This document shows positions 18,004-27,084 of a stretch of 64,000 bases of DNA, one piece after another. A model generated the notes under the pieces. The model saw only the letters and a program-made list of their open reading frames with translations, made no database searches and was not told where the DNA came from. The translations under genes were made by a program, and so were the position numbers. This DNA comes from an uncultured Candidatus Saccharibacteria bacterium. GTDB lineage: Bacteria; Patescibacteriota; JAUYIX01; CAYNWW01. The stretch covers positions 39,935 to 103,934 of the forward strand of contig CAYNWW010000002.1 in assembly GCA_964401055.1 (NCBI GenBank), in the 5' to 3' direction. The stretch's first letter is position 1. Each line of letters starts with the position of its first letter.

Positions 18004-19158
18004 TTAGAGTATCCGGAATGACTGGAGTATCTTGTCAAACTGGCCATCGAGAAATTGTTCCGGACTCTGGAAAGATTTTGCCTGAAGTACTACATACTTA
18101 CCTGCCGCCTGCTGCACAATCGCCGCCGCCCGCGTCCCAAACCCATCACTTATCGCAGTTGCATAAGGGCGAATCACCAACCCATCCTTACCATCAATCT
18201 TCTGTTTTGAAATCGGCAGCTGGGCAATATCCGCAAATTCAGCTCCGGGCGCAGTATATGTCTGTAAAATTTGATCAATTGTTTTGTCAGACTTCACAAT
18301 CGAAACCGTCAAAAAGCTAGTGTCTTCGGCATGACCATTTTGCACAAACGTGCCATCCGGGTCCGCTGCACGAAATACCGCAGAACCCAATTCAGTCGTA
18401 CGAGTCCATTCTTGCGGCACGCTCACCTGAAAACCGGATTTGTCATCGCGATACACCTGAACCGCATGATCATCAACAAAGAAATGTGCAAACAAATCAA
18501 GCCACTGGCTTTCCGTCTGAGCAAAGTCGCCGATCAATACGTCATGAGGACTAAGTGAATTACGACGAGCTTCGTCATACTGATCAAGCTCTTGGACCGC
18601 GAGCATATTCCATTTTTTTGCTTGGTCAACATGAGGCAATGCGTATGAAATGGCAAATTTCTTTGTGCCGTCAAATTCGCGTACTTCTGTAAACTCAACA
18701 AAACGTCGCGTCGAAGTTATACCTCGTTGAACCCGAAGCGCGTCAAATCCTTGAGCACGCAACTTATCCGCAATCACGTCTTCAGGTTGCGCCAAGTCAA
18801 GATCGGCTCCAAACGACTGCTTCGGCTTGCTTGCGTCAGTCCGAGCGCTTTCATCGGTAAAAATGAATATGTGCGCACCGGGATGTTCAGAAAAGCTCAG
18901 GTCAAAAGTGCCAGAAGAAGAGTGAGTTTCGGCGATCCCGCCCCACGCACTCGCATATTCAAACGACAAGCCAATAACATCATTCTTATATAATGTGGTC
19001 CCAATCGTTTTTGCAGGAGCGACCGTGCTCGTGGATACAGAAGGTCGCAACGATTCTAGATTGCAGCTGGCGCCAACCAGCGTCAGAACAGATGCAAGCG
19101 CGGCGAAAGAAATTGCAGAGCGGGCTTTGAGTGGCATGTGATCAAACTTATTTTTCAA
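18004..19158 (-). CDS. Hypothetical secreted protein or lipoprotein (384 aa)
   Basis: It has an N-terminal signal with a Cys-containing lipobox-like LVGASC; I recognise no domain. Confidence 0.4.
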   Translation of the reverse strand: MKNKFDHMPLKARSAISFAALASVLTLVGASCNLESLRPSVSTSTVAPAKTIGTTLYKNDVIGLSFEYASAWGGIAETHSSSGTFDLSFSEHPGAHIFIFTDESARTDASKPKQSFGADLDLAQPEDVIADKLRAQGFDALRVQRGITSTRRFVEFTEVREFDGTKKFAISYALPHVDQAKKWNMLAVQELDQYDEARRNSLSPHDVLIGDFAQTESQWLDLFAHFFVDDHAVQVYRDDKSGFQVSVPQEWTRTTELGSAVFRAADPDGTFVQNGHAEDTSFLTVSIVKSDKTIDQILQTYTAPGAEFADIAQLPISKQKIDGKDGLVIRPYATAISDGFGTRAAAIVQQAAGKYVVLQAKSFQSPEQFLDGQFDKILQSFRIL

Positions 19159-19273
19159 TACTTCAACGATATCACACGAAGTTAAAATTTTGTTAAAAAA
19201 ATGTTAAAAAAATCATTAAATTTTCACCGTCCTGTGCACAAACAAAAAACCGCCCTAAAAAGCGGATTTTTTC

Positions 19274-19348
19274 TGGCAGGCGCGATAGGACTTGAACCTA
19301 CAACCTACGGTTTTGGAGACCGGTGCTCTACCAATTGAGCTACGCGCC
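19274..19348 (-). tRNA. tRNA-Trp (anticodon CCA)
   Basis: The revcomp reads GGCGCGTAGCTCAATTGGTAGAGCACCGGTCTCCAAAACCGTAGGTTGTAGGTTCAAGTCCTATCGCGCCTGCCA: a cloverleaf with anticodon loop CUCCAAA and an encoded CCA. Confidence 0.85.
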
Positions 19349-19360
19349 TAGACCTCAAGC

Positions 19361-19723
19361 TTATCTTTTCACATTGACTCCACTGGGCAGACGGTACGTC
19401 AGTCCCAATTCAGTCATCAGCTCAGGATGTCGGGTAATAATATACACATATCTATCAGCCGTCTCGCCCGTTTTTTCGTCAAACAAAGGACTTCCACCGG
19501 CATAGACTGTCTCTTTTGGATCACCAAATTGATTCAGTCCCTGCTCTGCCAACCAGGCATCTATTCTTCTTTTATCTTCAGCATTCACCCGCGGCGCATT
19601 CAAGACAGTCTCCTGCGTAGTCGAGTCGGTCGCAAACCAAGAACACTGCGCGCCGGTCAGCACCAGCAACGCGATCGCCACAACCAAGCCAAATTGTCTG
19701 TTCATTTTTTGTTGAGGACTCAT
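19361..19723 (-). CDS. Hypothetical small secreted protein (120 aa)
   Basis: It has an N-terminal signal peptide. It is not SecE-like, since it lacks a C-terminal TM segment. Confidence 0.35.
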   Translation of the reverse strand: MSPQQKMNRQFGLVVAIALLVLTGAQCSWFATDSTTQETVLNAPRVNAEDKRRIDAWLAEQGLNQFGDPKETVYAGGSPLFDEKTGETADRYVYIITRHPELMTELGLTYRLPSGVNVKR

Positions 19724-19740
19724 GCGAAACTACTCAAAAA

Positions 19741-19896
19741 CTATTTTGTCTCTTTGTGGAGGGTGCGCTTTTTGCAGGTATTACAAAACTTTTGCAATTG
19801 CAGACGCTCTTTGCTGAGCTTCTTGTTTTTGCGCGAGTGATAATTAATCTCGTTGCATTCGGTGCATTCAAGTTTAATCAGGTTGTCCTGGGACAT
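19741..19896 (-). CDS. rpmG: 50S ribosomal protein L33 (51 aa); absent from the ORF track because it is shorter than 60 aa.
   Basis: My translation reads [51 protein letters not shown]. The Cys pairs and the Y.S.KNK...KL.L.KF....K.H..HKE.K pattern match L33. Confidence 0.8.
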   Translation of the reverse strand: MSQDNLIKLECTECNEINYHSRKNKKLSKERLQLQKFCNTCKKRTLHKETK

Positions 19897-19928
19897 GGGC
19901 GGATATTAAATAAAAAATACGTTCTCTC

Positions 19929-20003
19929 TGGAGCTGAAGGCGAGAATCGGACTCGCGACCCCTTGCTTACCATGCAAGTGCTCTACCACTGAGCTACTCC
20001 AGC
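19929..20003 (-). tRNA. tRNA-Thr (anticodon GGT)
   Basis: The revcomp reads GCTGGAGTAGCTCAGTGGTAGAGCACTTGCATGGTAAGCAAGGGGTCGCGAGTCCGATTCTCGCCTTCAGCTCCA, with anticodon loop AUGGUAA. Confidence 0.8.
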
Positions 20004-20042
20004 GCACTATATCGCAACTTACCCGTTAAATCAAGGCTTGCC

Positions 20043-20129
20043 TGGTGGGGAGAGAGGGAATCGAACCCCCGAAGCCGTGAGGCGTCAGATTTACAGTCTG
20101 ATGCAATTGACCGCTCTGCCATCTCCCCA
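20043..20129 (-). tRNA. tRNA-Tyr (anticodon GTA) with a long variable arm
   Basis: The revcomp reads GGGGAGATGGCAGAGCGGTCAATTGCATCAGACTGTAAATCTGACGCCTCACGGCTTCGGGGGTTCGATTCCCTCTCTCCCCACCA, with anticodon loop CUGUAAA. Confidence 0.8.
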
Positions 20130-20179
20130 GACCTACTACTTATAACAAAAACTAACGCGAACAGCAACTAAAGAGCCTC

Positions 20180-20254
20180 TGGAGCCGGGAACAGGAATCG
20201 AACCTGCGACCAATAGTTTACAAAACTACTGCTCTACCGCTGAGCTATCCCGGC
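20180..20254 (-). tRNA. tRNA-Thr (anticodon TGT)
   Basis: The revcomp reads GCCGGGATAGCTCAGCGGTAGAGCAGTAGTTTTGTAAACTATTGGTCGCAGGTTCGATTCCTGTTCCCGGCTCCA, with anticodon loop UUUGUAA. Confidence 0.75.
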
Positions 20255-20346
20255 AAAATCAACGCTTTTCCAGGTCTGTCAAAACTTCCTGTTCCGGAGC
20301 AAAGAAATTTTGACAGACGCAGAAAAGCACCAAGAGAAATCCACAC

Positions 20347-21567
20347 CTACATCGTTGTTACGTCAATCTTGCGCTCGCTTTTTGAAGAATTCGCAGACAC
20401 ACTCTCATCTAAAGTCCCCGCCTCAGAAACGAGATTTTTTGCCCCAACAATGCGGGCTTTTTCTTGCTTCGCATGAGCAGCTTTCAACTTATCATCAATT
20501 TTGCGGGCCTGCTCCTCCTGACCAAGCTTCTTATACGACTTGACCAACTCAGTCATGACGCGCTGCTCTTGCGCTGAGCCTTTGGGCGCCAGCTGAGATG
20601 CTTGCAAAAAACTCGCAAGAGCTTGCTCTTCGTCATTAAGCTCGCGATGCAGCAACCCCATGTCATACCATTTTTCCGGATCTTTCTGATCATAGGAAAG
20701 CGCCTGAGTAAATGGGTTCAGCGCGCGACGGTAGACTTTTTGATTATACATGATCTTGCCAACATAGTAATAGGCATCAGCACAGCCCGATTCCCACAAA
20801 ATCGCCTGATCAAGTGCCGACTTGGCATCTTTGAGATTGCCTTGATCAAAATACAGTTTGCCCAAACCGAGATATGCGCGAGCATTTTTTGGATCACGGG
20901 CAATGAGCTCGATATAGACTTCTTCGGCCACTTGAAAATCCTTTTCCTCACGCAGACGAGAGCCGAGCTCGATTAACTCAGCAGCGGATTTTGATTTCAC
21001 ATTAATCACCTCGCGCTTCTGCTCTTTTTCTTTTTTCGCAGCACCAATGCCCGAAAACAACGCTAAGCGAGATTTTTGAATCTCTTTTTCCTTCTCGCGT
21101 GAAGATGGTTGCACAACGCCGCTCGACGCATCTGCAGCAGGCACGGGAGGAATATCGTCAACTTCGAGAGCACGAAACGAAGTCATGCGCTGAACAGCCG
21201 GAGACACGCGCGGCTGGCTCGAAGATTTCTTTTTTTGCGCCGAGCCCGCAAGCGAACTAAGCCCTTTGACTGCGCGAGCCGGCAATTGAGAAATAAACCG
21301 AACGGTGCCTTGAACCACAGGAGCAACTCGAGTGGAAGCCTTTTTTGCCAACGGCGCCAAAGGACGCGCAAGCACAGCCAAGCGACTGCCAAGCCGAGCC
21401 ACAGCCGGACGACTATCCTTCGAAGCCAAAGGCGCTATTCCCTGTTTTTTCTGTTGCTCCTGCGTGTCAGCATAGCTTGATGCATCTGGCAACTTGCGAA
21501 AAAGCAGCACCAAAATGCTGACAAAGCTTACAACGATAGCAACAATGGGAATAATATTGAACAACAT
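20347..21567 (-). CDS. Membrane-anchored TPR-repeat protein
   Basis: It has an N-terminal TM helix (IIPIVAIVVSFVSILVLLF), a basic low-complexity linker, and C-terminal TPR repeats (AYLGLGKLYFDQGNLKDAKSALDQAI...). Confidence 0.6.
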   Translation of the reverse strand: MLFNIIPIVAIVVSFVSILVLLFRKLPDASSYADTQEQQKKQGIAPLASKDSRPAVARLGSRLAVLARPLAPLAKKASTRVAPVVQGTVRFISQLPARAVKGLSSLAGSAQKKKSSSQPRVSPAVQRMTSFRALEVDDIPPVPAADASSGVVQPSSREKEKEIQKSRLALFSGIGAAKKEKEQKREVINVKSKSAAELIELGSRLREEKDFQVAEEVYIELIARDPKNARAYLGLGKLYFDQGNLKDAKSALDQAILWESGCADAYYYVGKIMYNQKVYRRALNPFTQALSYDQKDPEKWYDMGLLHRELNDEEQALASFLQASQLAPKGSAQEQRVMTELVKSYKKLGQEEQARKIDDKLKAAHAKQEKARIVGAKNLVSEAGTLDESVSANSSKSERKIDVTTM

Positions 21568-21612
21568 AAAAATTTCATCTAAATCAGATCCGGCACCTGT
21601 ATTTCCTGCGAA

Positions 21613-22338
21613 TTACTCCACTCCTACTCGCGTCCCGCACGCCTCGCCCGTCACCACTCGTAACAGATTACCGGCAACATGGATGTTAAAAACGATCATC
21701 GGCAGCTTGTTTTCTCGACAGAGCGTAAAAGCAGTCGCATCCATCACTGCAAGCTTTTGATCAAGCGCCTCATCCATCGTGAGTGTATCATACTTGCGCG
21801 CATCAGGAAATTTGCGCGGATCGCGATCGTACACACCGTCCACTTGGGTTCCTTTGAGCACTACATCACAATGAGTTTCAAGCGCGCGCAACACGGCCGC
21901 AGTGTCCGTAGTAAAAAACGGATTCCCTGTACCGCCGGCACAAATCACAATCGTGCCCAGATCAAGCAACTGACGCGCAAGATCGGCGGAATATGGCTTG
22001 GCAATGTTACCAAGCGGCACACTGGTCAACACTTCCGCCGCCACGCTCATCGAGCGCAATATATCGCGCAGCGCCATCGCATTGATCGCGGTGGCAAGCA
22101 TACCCATCTGATGAGCTGTGGTGTCTTCGAGCGTGTTGGTGTTGGCGTCCTTACCGCGAAAAATGTTGCCGCCACCAACAACACAGGCAAGTTGCACCCC
22201 GCGCTCGTGGACAGTTTTGATTTGGGATGCGACTTCAGCAAGCTGAGACTGACTGATTCCGGTTCCACCGCGACTTTCTTCACCGAAAAATTCACCGCTT
22301 ATTTTGAGCAACGCGCGTTTTATTTTTTGCATCTGCAT
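21613..22338 (-). CDS. pyrH: UMP kinase (the ORF extends to 22359; I prefer a start at the MQMQKIK Met to avoid overlap with tsf)
   Basis: Signature segments are KRALLKISGEFFG...VVGGGNIFRG...ICAGGTGNPFFTTDTAA. It sits in the conserved rpsB-tsf-pyrH order. Confidence 0.9.
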   Translation of the reverse strand: MQMQKIKRALLKISGEFFGEESRGGTGISQSQLAEVASQIKTVHERGVQLACVVGGGNIFRGKDANTNTLEDTTAHQMGMLATAINAMALRDILRSMSVAAEVLTSVPLGNIAKPYSADLARQLLDLGTIVICAGGTGNPFFTTDTAAVLRALETHCDVVLKGTQVDGVYDRDPRKFPDARKYDTLTMDEALDQKLAVMDATAFTLCRENKLPMIVFNIHVAGNLLRVVTGEACGTRVGVE

Positions 22339-22343
22339 CGCGA

Positions 22344-22961
22344 TTATTTTGCGCGACACGTGGTGACAGAGCCACCAATCTCAAACCGAGAAAATCCACG
22401 CACTTCGATCTTTTCGCCAAGCTTGCCCACAGTTTCTTCAATCAACGCTTTGACCGTCTTTTTGTCATCGCGCACAAACAACTGGTTGAGCAGACAAATT
22501 TCATCAGTAAATTTTTTCACTTTGCCGATGAGAATCTTCTCCATAATCTCAGCCGGTTTGTTCTCTTTTGCCAATTGGCCACGGAAAATTTCTTTCTCTT
22601 TTTCCAATTCTTCTGCCGGCACTTGTTCAGGAGAAATATATCGAGGGGATGAAGCTGCGATGTGCAGTGCGATTTCGCGTGCAAGCGCTTGAAACTCTTG
22701 ATTGCGCGCCACAAAATCCGTCTCGCACGCAAGATCCACCAACACGCCAATCTTCTGATTGGAATGGATATAGGACGCGATCACGCCTTCGCCTGCCTGG
22801 CGATCAGCCTTTTTCAATGCAGTTGCAGCGCCTTTTTTGCGAATCACTTCAATCGCCTTGTCAAAATTGCCGTCAGTTTCTACGAGCGCTTTTTTTGCAT
22901 CCATAAAACCAGCACCAGTCATGTCACGGAGTTTTTTGACGTCCTGAGGAGTAATAGTCAT
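22344..22961 (-). CDS. tsf: Elongation factor Ts (short form)
   Basis: The N-terminus MTITPQDVKKLRDMTGAGFMDAKKALVETDGNFDKAIEVIRKKG is the EF-Ts N-terminal UBA-like signature. Confidence 0.9.
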   Translation of the reverse strand: MTITPQDVKKLRDMTGAGFMDAKKALVETDGNFDKAIEVIRKKGAATALKKADRQAGEGVIASYIHSNQKIGVLVDLACETDFVARNQEFQALAREIALHIAASSPRYISPEQVPAEELEKEKEIFRGQLAKENKPAEIMEKILIGKVKKFTDEICLLNQLFVRDDKKTVKALIEETVGKLGEKIEVRGFSRFEIGGSVTTCRAK

Positions 22962-22980
22962 AAATTTCCTTTCGTTTGAA

Positions 22981-23751
22981 TTATTTTTTTGCTGCTGCCG
23001 GAGCCGCGTCGCGGCCCAATTTTACCTGAGCAAGCGCTTGTTGCTGCACTTCCTGTGGAGCAACTTTGATTTGCGACTTACCTTCGTTGATCGCGTCAGC
23101 AATCGCGCCGGCCACGAGTTCGATGCCTTTGATCGCGTCGTCATTGCCTGGGATCGCGTAATCCACGCGGCGCGGATCGGTATTGGTGTCCGTGATTGCG
23201 ATTACCGGAATTTTGCTCTTTTTTGATTCAGCGATCGAAATACCTTCCATATTAATGTCTACCACAAAAATCGCATCAGGAAGCTTATTCAATGTGCGCA
23301 AGCCGCCAAAGTTTTTTTGGAGGTTTTCAATCTCACGAGCAAATTTGAGCTGTTCTTTCTTGGTGTATTTTTCCAATTGGCCGCTCGCCTTTTTCGCTTC
23401 GAGATCCTGCATGCGGCGCGACTGAGCAATAATCACAGAAAAGTTGGTAAATGTACCGCCGAGCCAACGACCGTTGACATATGGCATACCACAGGCATTT
23501 GCAGCTTGTTCAAGGGCTTTTTTCGCCTGGCGCTTGGTGCCGACAAACAAAATCATCCCGCCGCGAGCCGCCACCGTACGAGCAAATTCTTGCGCGCGAT
23601 CCAGCATGGCCTGCGTTTTTTCGAGATTTACCAGATGAACGCCATTGCGCTCACCAAAAATATATTCACGCATTGCCGGGTGCCATTTTGCCGTCTTGTG
23701 GCCAAAATGCAGACCCGCGTGCATCATATCCGCGACACTGACTTGCTTCAT
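22981..23751 (-). CDS. rpsB: 30S ribosomal protein S2
   Basis: The sequence MKQVSVADMMHAGLHFGHKTAKWHPAMREYIFGERNGVHLVNLEKT matches the S2 N-terminal consensus. Confidence 0.95.
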   Translation of the reverse strand: MKQVSVADMMHAGLHFGHKTAKWHPAMREYIFGERNGVHLVNLEKTQAMLDRAQEFARTVAARGGMILFVGTKRQAKKALEQAANACGMPYVNGRWLGGTFTNFSVIIAQSRRMQDLEAKKASGQLEKYTKKEQLKFAREIENLQKNFGGLRTLNKLPDAIFVVDINMEGISIAESKKSKIPVIAITDTNTDPRRVDYAIPGNDDAIKGIELVAGAIADAINEGKSQIKVAPQEVQQQALAQVKLGRDAAPAAAKK

Positions 23752-24092
23752 ATGTTTTCCTTATGCTTCTGACAACCGCCTCTCAAAAAGAGACTTCTCT
23801 CGCGCAGCTCGGAGGCTTCGCAAGAGTCACCGTAAAACCGTTGATCGTAAAATCAGCGGCAGGAAACGGCTGAGTTGCCATGTATTAGATAATTACTGGC
23901 AAAATCATAGCTGAAAAGAAAAAAATGCGCAAGGGTTAAAGCACGCCCTTCTTCACGCCCAAAAATCAAACCGCCTGCCTCTTTTTGCTCCCCTTGCTAA
24001 TGGCTGTTTATTGTGCTAATACTTCTCTCAGCCTAAGTCTATCTAGGCTTTTTAAATCGCACGTTTACAATCAATAGAAATGGAGGAATACC

Positions 24093-25814
24093 ATGAGCCC
24101 CTATGCTTCGAATTTCTCTCCTAGCAGCTATATTACCGACCATGTTCTTAAAGCTGGGCGTATAACTGCACCAGATGAATCGCCACCTCAAATGATTGAA
24201 AGGGTTGTGCGAGCACTCTATCATGCTGAATCAACGTTTTCCGGAAGTGCTCATGCAAAGAAATTCTCTGAGTCAATCGGAGCCCTAATGGACGATCGGA
24301 AAGTTGTCTTCAGCACTCCAATTATGACAAATGCAGGGAGAACGGAATTCAATCGTCCTCTTTCGGCCTGTACTGTACCACCCATATCTTTACGAGGTGA
24401 CTTTAAAAAAGTTCGAAAAATCGTGAACAGCTATCATCAAGAGGCAATGGGTACAGGCTTCAACTTCGATGAAGTTGAAGATCCAGTATCGACCCTTCTC
24501 TTCCTAAATGACTTAGCCGTACAAGGATCTTCATCTGGCAAAGAAGATCGCCCTGTTGGCAATATGGGTATCTGTAGCATTGACCATCCACGAATCGTCG
24601 AGTTTATTACCTGCAAACAAACTCGACGCGACTTACTTTGGAAATTCAACATTTCCATTAATACTCCTGAAGCTTTCTGGCATGCTGTGCAAAATGACTC
24701 GCTCTGGAGGTTAGCTAATGGATATGAGCTGTATGCGAATGAGCTGCTCAGTTTAATAGTGCAGTCAGCACATGCTTGCGCTGATCCGGGCCTTGTCTTC
24801 ATGGACAGAGTCAACCGAGACAATCCGGTCCCTGCAAGTGGCAATTATCATAGTATTGCTCCATGCGGTGAAGTTGGATTGATCCCTGGTGAAACTTGTC
24901 AGTTCGGGTACATAAATCTAGCCGCCTTCTGCTCAAAAACGAAGATGGATTTAGATGGTATAAAAAGTGCAACAGAGACAATGATTCGAGCGCTTGACAA
25001 CTGTCTCGAACTTAGTACAAAGGCATTTTCAATTGAAACAAGCGCCTTCGTTTCCAAGCAAAGGCGGAAAGTTGGTATAGGCATATGTGGACTTGCAGAT
25101 GCTTTAATCAGCATGGGAATCCCATATGCATCAGACCAAGCGCGTCACTATGCGAGAGACGTGGTTGCATTCATAAATTATCACTCAAAAATTGCCTCTC
25201 ATGAACTTGCGCATGAGCGTGGTTCATTTGGGGCGATGAATGCCTTGTTTGGATGCAAATACACTGAGCATTTGGATTTCTTGAGCACAAAATATGGCCA
25301 CATTGAAACAAGGTGGGTTTCAGGAACGCAGTGGAAAAAGCTGGGGGCTTGTATTAAATCTTCCAGAATGCTCAGAAACAGCTCCACAATAGCACTTCCT
25401 CCAACCGGCAGGAGTGCATTGGTAATTAATGCATCGACTGGAGTAGAGCCGGTTTTCTCGCTCATTGGTGTCGATGGAGCAGTCGAGCAAGTTGTTAGGC
25501 AAGCACTTGGAGCGCATTTGAATCATGAGCGCGAGCAGGAAATTCTCGCTGGCAATGGTCTTGGCCCTTGGTGCAATCCAGAAGTGCGAATGTTACTCCA
25601 AACAAGCAGAGAGATTGGTGCAGATGATCATCTCAAGATGGTTGCATCTTTGCAGCAAATTGTCGATGAGTCGATCTCGAAAACTATTAATCTCCCAAAC
25701 AATGCTACGATTGCCGAAGTGAGGGATATATACATGCAGGCATATACCCTCAATCTCAAAGGCATTACGATGTACCGAGATGGTGCTTCCCGGTTTCAGC
25801 CTCGTAAATTATAG
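24093..25814 (+). CDS. Ribonucleotide reductase catalytic subunit, short form (573 aa); likely a class II (cobalamin-dependent) RNR.
   Basis: VFSTPIMTNAG matches the RNR substrate-site region; the C-terminal TINLPNNATIAEVRDIYMQAYTLNLKGITMYRDGAS matches the conserved RNR C-terminal region. I could not find an upstream B12 riboswitch. Confidence 0.55.
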   Translation: MSPYASNFSPSSYITDHVLKAGRITAPDESPPQMIERVVRALYHAESTFSGSAHAKKFSESIGALMDDRKVVFSTPIMTNAGRTEFNRPLSACTVPPISLRGDFKKVRKIVNSYHQEAMGTGFNFDEVEDPVSTLLFLNDLAVQGSSSGKEDRPVGNMGICSIDHPRIVEFITCKQTRRDLLWKFNISINTPEAFWHAVQNDSLWRLANGYELYANELLSLIVQSAHACADPGLVFMDRVNRDNPVPASGNYHSIAPCGEVGLIPGETCQFGYINLAAFCSKTKMDLDGIKSATETMIRALDNCLELSTKAFSIETSAFVSKQRRKVGIGICGLADALISMGIPYASDQARHYARDVVAFINYHSKIASHELAHERGSFGAMNALFGCKYTEHLDFLSTKYGHIETRWVSGTQWKKLGACIKSSRMLRNSSTIALPPTGRSALVINASTGVEPVFSLIGVDGAVEQVVRQALGAHLNHEREQEILAGNGLGPWCNPEVRMLLQTSREIGADDHLKMVASLQQIVDESISKTINLPNNATIAEVRDIYMQAYTLNLKGITMYRDGASRFQPRKL

Positions 25815-25849
25815 CGCACCCTCGCCTAGAAATCTTAGGTGAGGATTTT

Positions 25850-26461
25850 TTATACCTGTATATTTTGTTTGAAAGCGCGCTCTTTCATTATTATATTTGT
25901 TATGCTCTTCGGAACAATACTTTTCTCATCAAGACTGCATTGCCTCAAAAATTCTTTGATTTTTTCTTTAGCCTGATTCTCATCTCCTTTTGCGCACATA
26001 ATTTCAACTTCTACTGCCCCACCAAAATCTACAATGTCCTCGACGCACACGTCCATTTCCCCCAGGCGGTATGAGTATCGAGTTTTTTCAAGTTCAAAAA
26101 AAGGCTTGAAGCCAATTATTTTCATCATTTTTGCTACTTCAGTAAAATTTTCTACCTCAACCTCATGCTCCTCCCATGCATTATGATCGCCCTGAGTGGT
26201 GATTGTTTTTGTATTAAGCGTCACGATATCTTTTTCTTCGTTCTTTCTTGTTGTGCGCAAGCGAAGGCTATATGAGCCGACTGCATCCATCTCAACATCT
26301 TCAACTTTTGTTGCGGAGCTGTCGCAAAAATAGATGTCATGAATAAACGTCGAAACGGTAAAAATAGCGCCATGACTCTTTAAAATACCCTTAAATGAAT
26401 CGGCATCACTAAGACGAGCGCGAATTTCAACTTCGATATTTTTTACCTTGTCATTATTCAT
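25850..26461 (-). CDS. CYTH-domain protein (class IV adenylyl cyclase / triphosphatase tunnel-metalloenzyme family)
   Basis: The N-terminal IEVEIRARL (ExExK-like) and the C-terminal acidic cluster GGAVEVEIM match the CYTH signature; the protein is 203 aa. Confidence 0.45.
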   Translation of the reverse strand: MNNDKVKNIEVEIRARLSDADSFKGILKSHGAIFTVSTFIHDIYFCDSSATKVEDVEMDAVGSYSLRLRTTRKNEEKDIVTLNTKTITTQGDHNAWEEHEVEVENFTEVAKMMKIIGFKPFFELEKTRYSYRLGEMDVCVEDIVDFGGAVEVEIMCAKGDENQAKEKIKEFLRQCSLDEKSIVPKSITNIIMKERAFKQNIQV

Positions 26462-26529
26462 AAATTCATTATATTAATTTTATCTTCAAAAATAAAGAGC
26501 GATTTTGTTGTGGATCGCTCTTTGTGCAA

Positions 26530-27084
26530 CTAGCAATTAATTGCAGTCACGGCAATATCAGCGCAATCATTTGGCGAAAAACGTTGCGTATCAATTACAA
26601 TAAACGGAGTACTTAATTCTAACGCATTTTTGTAGAATAATGCGCCGATCTCTCTCTGCTTGTCCAGGACACGCCGATCCCCAATCGACATGCCCCTATT
26701 TAGCATTCTCTCAATCTGAACTTCATGATTCAGTGCCAGAATTATTGTTAGCATTGGCTGTACAATTGATGCAAAATCGCTCTTGGATACAGACACACCC
26801 ATTATCTGATGGTATGTGTATGTAGTAAGCCAGTATCGATCGGATACTATTTTGCATCCAGCTTTAAGCATAGCGTCAATTTCGTCAGAAGCCTCATAAA
26901 TTCCATCTCTATAGAACTCATAGTGCTTCTCATTTGATGCGTTCTTATCTACTCCTTCTCGCAATTGCGAAAATTTCTTGGGCGGGGTTGCATATGGCTT
27001 CGCACCCAAGCGTTCTGCCAGAATTCCACACAACGTTGTTTTTCCAGAGCCATCAGCACCTTCAAGAGCTACAAACATCGCCAT
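26530..27084 (-). CDS. Thymidylate kinase-like P-loop nucleotide kinase
   Basis: It has a P-loop FVALEGADGSGKTT and a DRY-type motif VSDRYWLTTYTY; the 184-aa size suits Tmk-like deoxynucleotide kinases. Confidence 0.5.
   Translation of the reverse strand: MAMFVALEGADGSGKTTLCGILAERLGAKPYATPPKKFSQLREGVDKNASNEKHYEFYRDGIYEASDEIDAMLKAGCKIVSDRYWLTTYTYHQIMGVSVSKSDFASIVQPMLTIILALNHEVQIERMLNRGMSIGDRRVLDKQREIGALFYKNALELSTPFIVIDTQRFSPNDCADIAVTAINC

Noticed and set aside
19361-19723. Possibility that the 120-aa ORF downstream of rpmG is SecE
   Set aside because: SecE has a C-terminal TM helix and sits after tRNA-Trp. This protein has an N-terminal signal peptide and a soluble C-terminus, so I list it as a hypothetical secreted protein.
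19756-19992. Track ORF 19756..19992 (+)
   Set aside because: It overlaps rpmG (minus strand) and the tRNA-Thr(GGU) gene; the real features lie on the other strand.
23752-24092. Cobalamin riboswitch upstream of the putative class II RNR
   Set aside because: I could not find a B12-box (GCCACTG-like) or the expected conserved stems in the 340-bp leader. Only a weak hairpin-plus-T-run lies just before the start codon, which is not enough to call a riboswitch.
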